Source: a virus
Taxonomy: Duplodnaviria > Caudoviricetes
IMG/VR virus record: IMGVR_UViG_3300042402_007568
Location: 1 to 28,192 of that record
DNA length: 28,192 nucleotides
Strand: one strand, 5' to 3'
This document shows positions 18,040-24,922 of the stretch, piece by piece. The notes under the pieces were generated by a model, which was not told the origin of the DNA, searched no databases, and saw only the letters and a program-made list of their open reading frames with translations. Position numbers and translations under genes: made by a program. Numbering within the stretch: position 1 is the stretch's first letter; every line of letters begins with the position of its first letter.

Positions 18040-18618
18040 ATGGCAGGACTACCACATTTTACAAGCGCAAAAGCAGCAGTAAGTTTATACGAACCGGTTT
18101 ATTTAAATCAGTTTGAGGTTATAATTCAACCTCCTGCAGCAGTTTCAAATCCTGTGGGAAATGCGGGTAGAAGTCTTCTTGTAGAAAATATAATTTCTAT
18201 TTCTGGATTGGAAGTAGATAAAACACCAAGACCAGTTGAGCAAAATTATAAATTTGCAAGAAGAAGATACGCGGGAAGCTCAGTTGAGGATACCGGTGCA
18301 AAAGTTAGACTACAGTTTCACACAAACTTAGATGACAATAACTCTAATTACGTTCACAAGACACTTAGAGAATGGTCAGATTTGGTTTATAATCCATTAA
18401 CTGGTGCAATGGGTATAAAAAGTATATACGCAGCTAACACTTACATTTTAGTTAGTATGTTTAATAAGCAAGGTGATGTTTTCAGAAGAGTTAAATTCTT
18501 GAATTGCTTCCCAACTGAACCAATTACACCACTTCCTCTAAGTTATGAAGGGGGCGGAAGATTATATGATATAAACATGTCATTTAGAGCGGATTACTTT
18601 GAGGATACTTTCAATTAA
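18040..18618 (+). CDS. gp19: Tail tube protein (T4 gp19-like), paralogue 2
   Basis: Collinear with the preceding gene (MAGLPH.TS.KAAV..YEP.Y.NQFEV.I.PPA; W.DL.YNPLTGA.G.K; FNK.GDVFRR; DYF). Confidence 0.83.
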   Translation: MAGLPHFTSAKAAVSLYEPVYLNQFEVIIQPPAAVSNPVGNAGRSLLVENIISISGLEVDKTPRPVEQNYKFARRRYAGSSVEDTGAKVRLQFHTNLDDNNSNYVHKTLREWSDLVYNPLTGAMGIKSIYAANTYILVSMFNKQGDVFRRVKFLNCFPTEPITPLPLSYEGGGRLYDINMSFRADYFEDTFN

Positions 18619-18633
18619 AAATTGGAAAATTAG

Positions 18634-18641
18634 AATATATA
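18634..18641 (+). promoter_or_regulatory. Putative late promoter AATATATA abutting a terminator
   Basis: Recurrent octamer, intergenic, sharing its last base with the hairpin's left arm. Confidence 0.5.
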
Positions 18642-18670
18642 AAAGGCTTATCTACAAATAAGCCTTTTTT
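18641..18670 (+). terminator. Rho-independent terminator (potentially bidirectional) closing the sheath-tube operon
   Basis: Perfect 11-bp stem AAAAGGCTTAT-ctacaa-ATAAGCCTTTT followed by further Ts. Confidence 0.85.
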
Positions 18671-18761
18671 ATTGCTTTATTCTGGTAAGAAAGTAAAAAT
18701 TATCCTAACATGGACGAAGGTGATCAGGAAATTAAACAAATACAAGGAGAAGGAGAAAAGA

Positions 18762-18959
18762 ATGGTCTTTTACAGAGATACGTCACTCATGTTAGCGATG
18801 TTCTTTCTCCCATTTGGATACGACGCTTTATTCAAGTTAATCATGGATTTGAGTGGTTCATATTGGGTTGCAGATATCGTTTTTTACTCAATTTCAGGAT
18901 GTTTCTGGTTGTCTTATATCTTACTTACGAAACATTTAAATAAAACAAAAAAATCATAG
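18762..18959 (+). CDS. Small membrane protein (two hydrophobic segments); alternative starts GTG 18720 and ATG 18789
   Basis: Hydrophobic LMLAMFFLPFGYDALFKLIM and YWVADIVFYSISGCFWLSYILL, with a basic C-terminal tail (KHLNKTKKS). Confidence 0.6.
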   Translation: MVFYRDTSLMLAMFFLPFGYDALFKLIMDLSGSYWVADIVFYSISGCFWLSYILLTKHLNKTKKS

Positions 18960-19004
18960 ATTATTTTTTACGAATTTTATTTTAGATCTCCTACTAGAAG
19001 TAAA

Positions 19005-19012
19005 GATAGATA
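19005..19012 (+). promoter_or_regulatory. Possible late promoter variant GATAGATA
   Basis: One mismatch to RATATATA, 15 nt before the hub gene ATG. Confidence 0.4.
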
Positions 19013-19027
19013 AAATAGAATCGATTT

Positions 19028-20011
19028 ATGGAAAATACTTTTGAAAATGACCTTCTTTCTAAACTTTCAGAAAAGGAGAAAGAAAGCGGATTAAATTACG
19101 AGGACGTAAATCCAATACAGGAAGAGAAGCCAAAATCACTAGGAAAGGCATCATTCATAGATGAGGCAATTCCCGAATTAGCAATGGAATCACCATGGAA
19201 AAAACTTCCATTAGAAAATTTACCATCCGGTGGTTTTGGATATCCGGAAGAAACGGAACTTTCTATCAGATCTTCAGAGGTTTCTGAAATTAGACATTTT
19301 TCTACGATTGACGAAAATGATCCAATCGACATAGATGATAAAATAAATCACATAGTCTCTAAATGCTCAACTTTTAGGTGGAAGGGTGGAACCCTTAATT
19401 TTCAGGACATCTATCAGGAAGATAGATTTTATATTTTCATGGCAATTCGAGATTTGACATTTATAAAAGGTGAGAATAGAATATTCATCCCGATTCAGAA
19501 TAATTGTACTAAAGAGGATTGTCCTATACCAACTGAAATAGAATTAACTTCAGGGGTTCTTTCCAATTTTACTTTGGATCAAAAACTAAAAACATTCTAC
19601 GATCATGAAAATGGATGCTTCCAATTAACTCCAAAAAATGGAGATGCACCAATTCAGCTTTTTATTCCAACAATTGGAGTTTCTCAGAAGATAAGAAAGA
19701 TTCTAAGAGATAAAACTAGGGCCGGAAAAAAATATGATCCCTCCTTTGCTACTATATCGCCATTTTTAATTCCGAATTGGAGAGATCTTGATGAAAAATC
19801 GTACGATTCCTATGAGATTAATTCAAAAAATTGGACATACACACAGTTTGTTTTAGCTGATACTATATCTAAACAAATAACATTTGCTACTAAAAATAAT
19901 CTTTCTGTAACTTGTAATAAATGCGGTGCTGAGGTCACCGCTCCTATCCGATTTCGCGGAGGAATCCGATCCCTTTACATTGTTTCAGATATCTTTGGAC
20001 AATTACTTTGA
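19028..20011 (+). CDS. gp26: Baseplate hub assembly protein (T4 gp26-like)
   Basis: LPSGG.GY, DR.YIF.AIR, two Cys pairs (C-TKED-C and CNKC) and PTIG, following the tube genes. This is the pattern of gp26-like hub/chaperone proteins. Confidence 0.7.
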   Translation: MENTFENDLLSKLSEKEKESGLNYEDVNPIQEEKPKSLGKASFIDEAIPELAMESPWKKLPLENLPSGGFGYPEETELSIRSSEVSEIRHFSTIDENDPIDIDDKINHIVSKCSTFRWKGGTLNFQDIYQEDRFYIFMAIRDLTFIKGENRIFIPIQNNCTKEDCPIPTEIELTSGVLSNFTLDQKLKTFYDHENGCFQLTPKNGDAPIQLFIPTIGVSQKIRKILRDKTRAGKKYDPSFATISPFLIPNWRDLDEKSYDSYEINSKNWTYTQFVLADTISKQITFATKNNLSVTCNKCGAEVTAPIRFRGGIRSLYIVSDIFGQLL

Positions 20012-20189
20012 AATTAAAAGAAAATTAGCAAAAGATCATAATATTCCTTTCAGCGAGCTAGAAAAACTCCCCTATTTTGAATTTCAAATCATTCTTGAAA
20101 AAATAAATAAAGAGACAGAGGAGAGAAACAAGAAAATAATGAAGGAAAAAGATGGAATGGTACCCATTTTTAATTTAAAGCAGAAGTAA
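19980..20189 (+). CDS. Small baseplate hub assembly partner (gp51-like); no credible ATG start (TTG 19980, GTG 19926, or frameshift entry)
   Basis: SLDNYFEIKRKLAKDHNIPFSELEKLPYFEFQIILE resembles the SLENYY...L...H..S..E.E.M.PWE..I pattern I recall for small gp51-like ORFs that overlap gp26 in T4-like phages. Confidence 0.65.
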   Translation: MFQISLDNYFEIKRKLAKDHNIPFSELEKLPYFEFQIILEKINKETEERNKKIMKEKDGMVPIFNLKQK

Positions 20190-20195
20190 ACCTTT

Positions 20196-20203
20196 AATAT
20201 ATA
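20196..20203 (+). promoter_or_regulatory. Putative late promoter AATATATA
   Basis: Recurrent octamer 16 nt before TTG 20220. Confidence 0.62.
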
Positions 20204-20219
20204 GAAGAAAAGGTAGATC

Positions 20220-21713
20220 TTGGCAATAATCAACTCGGAGCAAGTAGACGTTTTTAATAAGCAGCTTTCTGATAAAAAAGCTAGCGATCCTTTATTGGGT
20301 AGCGCTCCTCCAGAGGCACTTGATATTGCTATAGGACAAGCAAGAAGAGAGGTAATTCCTAAATCGTTCGGAGCTGCAATGTTTGAAATTCCCGAGGGTA
20401 AGGATCCTAATCAGTATATTAATCTTATAACTGATAATATTGTTAGCACAGCAGTTGAAAATTTTAAATACCTATCATATCAAAGTCCACAATATTTAAG
20501 TGGATGGGTTCAAAATAGGCCTTCATTTAAAGATTCTAAAGCATACGCAGATCTCAAAGCCATAACTAAAACTGAATTTGACACCATAGAAAATGGTATT
20601 TCCGATCTGGAAATGGGAGAGAGTCCAGATTTTAGAAACAAAGATCTTAATAAAATTTCTTCCCATAATTTACAACAGATTCTAGATTCTACCGTTCTCG
20701 GATTTTTAAAAGAGATTGGAATTCAAAGAGCCCCAGGATCAGCTCCTAGCGATGGGTACATTTTAGATGGAGCAAAAGAGGTTTTTGATTTTTTAGCAAA
20801 ATCATTAGTGCCACCTCCGCCAAAACCTGAACAACCCGCTCCTGCTGTAACAACTACTACTCCTCAAACACCAGTTGAAGCGGCTGAACCCGCGCAAACG
20901 CCTGCAGCACCTCCAGCAGAGATCCCTGCTACAGTTACAACTGCTCAACAGGAAATAGTTAAACCAGAGACACCAGCGGTTCCAACAGAACCGACAAATA
21001 CTCAGCCACCCCCTACAGAAACTCCTACTGTTGTCCAACAGGCTCAGACAAATGTTACCAATATAACAAATCAAAATAACGTTACGTCTTCTGAGCCAAA
21101 AACTTTTGGTGCTGCTACAACCAGACAATTTACAAAAGAGGAATCTCCTCTACTTTCAATGCTGGGCGAACAATTGGGCATGAACGCCGGGGAAATTGCT
21201 AATATGTTTGCAGGAGCGGATGTTGCAACTTTCGACCAGGCAATAGCACAGAGTTTTGGTGGAGAAGGACAAAATATAGCACAGCCAGCTGAAGCTATTT
21301 TACAAAACCCAGACCTAGCAGCAACAGCAGCAACAGCAGCAACTACAGTTGAATCTTTAGTTCAAAATGAAAATATTCCCCCGCAAGTTAAGGAGCAGGT
21401 TGCAAATGTAGTATCTCAAACTACACAAATAGCAGAACCAACCCCTCAGGCTCCAGTAGAGCAACAAGCTCCGCCTCCCCCACCACAGGAAACACCTCAG
21501 AAAACCGAGGCGGAAGCTGAAAAATCACCAGAATCTAAAGCTCAGGAGGAAAATAATAAAGCTTCCGCAGATGCCGAAACAAAAGCATCAGAAGACACTA
21601 AAAGAGAAGAGGATCAAAAAACCAATACGGAATTGCTTAGAGTGATGAGAGAGATCTTAAAAACACTCCAGGGTCCTTTAATCTTCACAGACAACACTCA
21701 CAAATTTTCTTAG
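20220..21713 (+). CDS. Late Pro/Ala/Thr/Gln/Glu-rich protein; positional candidate for a tape-measure/hub (gp29-like) or ejected protein
   Basis: 497-codon ORF with a TTG start after the gp26/gp51-like genes. Long low-complexity segments and an amphipathic C-terminal helix ELLRVMREILKTL. Function inferred from position only. Confidence 0.6.
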   Translation: MAIINSEQVDVFNKQLSDKKASDPLLGSAPPEALDIAIGQARREVIPKSFGAAMFEIPEGKDPNQYINLITDNIVSTAVENFKYLSYQSPQYLSGWVQNRPSFKDSKAYADLKAITKTEFDTIENGISDLEMGESPDFRNKDLNKISSHNLQQILDSTVLGFLKEIGIQRAPGSAPSDGYILDGAKEVFDFLAKSLVPPPPKPEQPAPAVTTTTPQTPVEAAEPAQTPAAPPAEIPATVTTAQQEIVKPETPAVPTEPTNTQPPPTETPTVVQQAQTNVTNITNQNNVTSSEPKTFGAATTRQFTKEESPLLSMLGEQLGMNAGEIANMFAGADVATFDQAIAQSFGGEGQNIAQPAEAILQNPDLAATAATAATTVESLVQNENIPPQVKEQVANVVSQTTQIAEPTPQAPVEQQAPPPPPQETPQKTEAEAEKSPESKAQEENNKASADAETKASEDTKREEDQKTNTELLRVMREILKTLQGPLIFTDNTHKFS

Positions 21714-21726
21714 AGGTACAGTTTTT

Positions 21727-21753
21727 TTTGTGAAACTTTCTTTCTATATTTGT
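21727..21753 (+). promoter_or_regulatory. Putative Bacteroidota primary-sigma promoter (-7 TATATTTG at 21745-21752; TTTG at 21727-21730)
   Basis: Exact TAnnTTTG match, intergenic, 19 nt before ATG 21772. The 14-nt spacer to TTTG is shorter than typical. Confidence 0.5.
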
Positions 21754-21771
21754 ATAGGATAATAAAAAGTT

Positions 21772-22014
21772 ATGACAGGTACTGAAAAAAATTATACAAT
21801 GGGGGAGGAATTAAAAAAATCGGTAATAGATTTTTTGAAAAATCCATTTGATAACTATCAGGACCTAACGAATTTGGTAGAGAGCAAAGACACGTTTACT
21901 GAGACCGAAATTAACAAGATAGTTACTCTACTTGGTAAGTTTCCTGCTTATTCTGTTTATCCATTAATAGATTCATTTAGAGGAAACTTAAAAGAGGAAA
22001 AAATTGGAGAATAA
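21772..22014 (+). CDS. Hypothetical protein (80 aa)
   Basis: First ORF after the promoter, overlapping the deaminase start. Confidence 0.72.
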   Translation: MTGTEKNYTMGEELKKSVIDFLKNPFDNYQDLTNLVESKDTFTETEINKIVTLLGKFPAYSVYPLIDSFRGNLKEEKIGE

Positions 22015-22519
22015 TTATTTTTTTGCTGAACATGATTCTAAAAGCTGCCCAGATAAAAAACAGTTCAAATTAGATCTTGTTTATTTAAGGATGGCGAAAG
22101 AGTGGTCTACAAATTCCCATTGTAAAAGAAGCCAAGTAGGATGTTTGGTAGTAAAAGATAAAACAATTATTTCTGACGGATACAACGGAACCCCAACAGG
22201 ATTTCCAAATGTATGCGAAAACGAATTAAACGAAACTCTACCCTATGTTTTGCATGCAGAGGCTAACGCAATTACGAAGCTTGCAAAAAACACAGTTACA
22301 TCGCATGGTAGCACGATGTATGTAACTCTTTCCCCGTGCTATGATTGTTCAAAATTAATTATTCAATCCGGAATAAAGAGAATTGTTTTTTGTGAGATCT
22401 ACAGAAAAACCGATTCTCTTGAACTGCTCAACCAAGCTGGGATTGAAATTATTTATATTAACTTACTAAACCCTTTAAACCAAGAAACCGATGGCAAAGA
22501 GTATCCAAGAGTTAGCTGA
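22004..22519 (+). CDS. cd: dCMP deaminase
   Basis: S.C.R.QVG, GYNG.P.G, and zinc motifs HAEANA and PCYDC, followed by IIQSGIKRI. TTG start. Confidence 0.93.
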   Translation: MENNYFFAEHDSKSCPDKKQFKLDLVYLRMAKEWSTNSHCKRSQVGCLVVKDKTIISDGYNGTPTGFPNVCENELNETLPYVLHAEANAITKLAKNTVTSHGSTMYVTLSPCYDCSKLIIQSGIKRIVFCEIYRKTDSLELLNQAGIEIIYINLLNPLNQETDGKEYPRVS

Positions 22520-23114
22520 GAGATTTTTAGTTACTTCCCAAGAGAAGGATTTTAAATCGCTATATGATCGAATTAAACCAGGTTTACTTAATCACTGTAA
22601 ATCTATTTTGATTGATGAGGAAGTTGCACAGGATGCAGTGTCGAAAACCTTCGAAAAAATTTGGGTTAAAGTTTCCCAATATGATCCTTCCAGAGGTAAT
22701 TTTTCTACCTGGGCATATAATATAGCAAGGAACGAATCACTTTTAATAAAAAAGAATTCTAAGAAATTTACTCCACTCGTTTATGAATCTATAGAACTAG
22801 AGGGAAGAGATCATGATGAATTTATTCCACTATCGGATATAACACCGGAAGACATATTTGCAGAGCCTGAATGGGAGATAAATAATCAAGAAGGTGGATT
22901 TGACGATCTTTATGATACTGTTTTAGAAAAAATGAAGCAACTACCTGATATCTATAAAGATATCCTTATGGACAGGGAAATTCATAAAATGAAATATCAA
23001 GACATAGCTGATAAATATGGAATGAAGAAGAGAGCAGTTGCAACCCGTATTAGAAGGGCAAGAATCAAAATCAGAGAAATGTTTCCTGGTATTAAATTAA
23101 ATTTTATTGATTAA
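22491..23114 (+). CDS. ECF-type sigma-70 family RNA polymerase sigma factor
   Basis: Region 2 (AQDAVSKTFEKIW....YDP.RGNFSTWAYNIARN) and region 4 HTH (LPDIYKDIL......MKYQDIADKYGM....VATRIRRAR) only. 207 aa. Confidence 0.9.
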   Translation: MAKSIQELAERFLVTSQEKDFKSLYDRIKPGLLNHCKSILIDEEVAQDAVSKTFEKIWVKVSQYDPSRGNFSTWAYNIARNESLLIKKNSKKFTPLVYESIELEGRDHDEFIPLSDITPEDIFAEPEWEINNQEGGFDDLYDTVLEKMKQLPDIYKDILMDREIHKMKYQDIADKYGMKKRAVATRIRRARIKIREMFPGIKLNFID

Positions 23115-23117
23115 TCT

Positions 23118-23588
23118 ATGATAGAATTTTTAAAAAGTTTAATTAAAATTTTTGGAGTTATTAGAGACATTAGAAACTATTTTTTTCTCCGAAGAGTAAC
23201 GAAAAGAGAATTAATGAATTCTCCGATTTGGACCAAAAATAATTTAAGGGTAGATTGGATTGGTAGGATTTATACTGTTATGAATTTACCTCCAGAAGTT
23301 ACTATGGCACCAGATTTACCAAAAGAGCTCTGGCCAGCTTATCTGATAGAGCAATCTAAAGGATTAAATGAATATCTTACGTCTCTTAACCTTCATGAAA
23401 TTATAATTCCAGAATACAAGGAAATACCTGGAACCAATTCTTATCTGCTAGTTTATTATCCATATTTTAGAGACCTTACTGGTTGGTGGATAATGAGTAG
23501 ATTTGTTTTCTGGACCGCTGTTATTTTAATTGAAAGTAAAACACAGTGGTTATCTCAGGCATGGACCTGGTTAATATCATTATTTTAA
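23118..23588 (+). CDS. Hypothetical protein with C-terminal hydrophobic/Trp-rich membrane anchor
   Basis: Operonic spacing of 3 nt. C-terminal WWIMSRFVFWTAVILI...WLSQAWTWLISLF. Confidence 0.75.
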   Translation: MIEFLKSLIKIFGVIRDIRNYFFLRRVTKRELMNSPIWTKNNLRVDWIGRIYTVMNLPPEVTMAPDLPKELWPAYLIEQSKGLNEYLTSLNLHEIIIPEYKEIPGTNSYLLVYYPYFRDLTGWWIMSRFVFWTAVILIESKTQWLSQAWTWLISLF

Positions 23589-23591
23589 GGA

Positions 23592-24338
23592 TTGGAAAAT
23601 ACTAACATTTACAGAAAGAGCTATTCGTGGGGAAGAGCATATGAGGTTACAAGAGAGCATCAAGAAAAGCTAGTACTCCCATCAGTTACTACTGTTTTAA
23701 AGCTCTTAACTGAACCCAAATTCAAGCACTTGAGGGAAAAATTTGGTGACGAAAAGTGGCAGCAGATACTAGACAAGGCTTCTTTTAGAGGTACAGTTAT
23801 GCACTCCATGCTAGAACATTTTCTCCTGGAATATGCAGAATCCAAATCAGTAGACAAAAGTCTTCTGGTTGCTCAAGATATTGCAAAAGAGGAAGAGAGA
23901 AAATCTCCAGATAAGCTAGATTTAGTAGCAAGAGGTAGAGATCTATTTTGGAATTTCTATCACGAGGAATTTTGGTCAGAAATTAATAGAGTTTTACACA
24001 ACGAACTTTTTCTTTGGACGGATTTCAGAGGAGGATGGGCAGGAGCAACAGATTTTGTGTTTGAAGACTTTGATAACAATCATGTTATAATCGATTTTAA
24101 ATCAGCTAGCTCACCTAAAGACGAAGACGATATACTTTCATATAAGTGTCAAATATCTGCCTATATGTTTGCTTACGCTGAGAGATATGGGGTGATTCCG
24201 CAAAGGGGTGAGATTTGGATATCAAACGAAAAAAATTCAAGCATTCAAAGGTTTATTGTCACCAGCGACGAATTCAAAGAATATCTTAGAAGATTTTTAG
24301 ATCTTCTAAAACAATTTAGAGAAATACATACAATATAA
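23592..24338 (+). CDS. PD-(D/E)XK superfamily exonuclease
   Basis: LPSVTTVL, RGT.MH..LE, AGATD, IIDFKSA and Q.SAY motifs. TTG start. Confidence 0.85.
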   Translation: MENTNIYRKSYSWGRAYEVTREHQEKLVLPSVTTVLKLLTEPKFKHLREKFGDEKWQQILDKASFRGTVMHSMLEHFLLEYAESKSVDKSLLVAQDIAKEEERKSPDKLDLVARGRDLFWNFYHEEFWSEINRVLHNELFLWTDFRGGWAGATDFVFEDFDNNHVIIDFKSASSPKDEDDILSYKCQISAYMFAYAERYGVIPQRGEIWISNEKNSSIQRFIVTSDEFKEYLRRFLDLLKQFREIHTI

Positions 24339-24368
24339 TGAAACTTAAGTGTTTTTTCTTTCTAAAAT
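24339..24368 (+). promoter_or_regulatory. Putative ECF-type promoter TGAAAC-N16-TCTAAAAT
   Basis: Recurrent bipartite motif with exact 16-nt spacer. Ends 18 nt before ATG 24387. Confidence 0.55.
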
Positions 24369-24386
24369 TCGATATAAATTAAAAAT

Positions 24387-24839
24387 ATGACAGAAGAACT
24401 ATCACAAGAGGTATTTATAGACGAGGCAAAGATTGCTGAACTACAGAAGCAAGTAGACAAAAAAGCTTCAGAGCTTTCTGACAAGTCTTATGCAGTTTCT
24501 ATGACAAATGAAGATTTAGAAGTTTATTCTACCCTAATTAATGAGGTTGAGTGGAGAGGAAAAGAAGCTTTAGGAATTTTGGAAATTGCTAAAAAAATAG
24601 AGGATATCACTAAGGAAGGAATTAAAAATAATGCTGTCTTTATGAATGCACTTCAAATCGAAGCAACCCATTATTTTTTAAATAAATTTTCAGGTAAGGG
24701 TAATTTATTAGCATCTAAATTCATCAAGGTTTTTAAATCATTTGAGCAAGCACTTGGCGGAATTAGCCAAGACAATAAAGAATTAGATGATTTAAGAAAG
24801 GAATTAGCAGCGGCTCAACAGGGCTTAGAATCTGAATAA
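24387..24839 (+). CDS. Hypothetical helical/coiled-coil protein (150 aa)
   Basis: ATG in A-rich context, with its own promoter and terminator. Confidence 0.78.
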   Translation: MTEELSQEVFIDEAKIAELQKQVDKKASELSDKSYAVSMTNEDLEVYSTLINEVEWRGKEALGILEIAKKIEDITKEGIKNNAVFMNALQIEATHYFLNKFSGKGNLLASKFIKVFKSFEQALGGISQDNKELDDLRKELAAAQQGLESE

Positions 24840-24858
24840 ATAGAAAATTTTAATTTTT

Positions 24859-24888
24859 AAGGCTCACTTTATCAAGTGGGCCTTTTTT
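24859..24888 (+). terminator. Rho-independent terminator
   Basis: Stem AAGGCTCACTT-tatc-AAGTGGGCCTT (one G-U pair) followed by a T-run. Confidence 0.85.
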
Positions 24889-24893
24889 CTGTG

Positions 24894-24901
24894 GATATAT
24901 A
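24894..24901 (+). promoter_or_regulatory. Putative late promoter GATATATA
   Basis: Recurrent octamer right after the terminator, 21 nt before ATG 24923. Confidence 0.65.
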
Positions 24902-24922
24902 ATACTTAAAGATATAACTTAA

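Noticed and set aside
17453-18618. Tube duplication as an assembly artefact or a diversity-generating retroelement template/variable pair
   Set aside because: The copies differ throughout at all base types, both are intact genes, and no reverse transcriptase is present in the window.
21318-21345. Short GCAGCAACA repeat
   Set aside because: It encodes AAT-AAT-AAT within a low-complexity protein and is too short to suggest a functional DNA repeat.
22491-23114. Calling the sigma factor the T4 gp55 late sigma
   Set aside because: It has a full region-4 HTH and ECF-style region 2. gp55 lacks region 4, and the late octamers show no shared -35 element.
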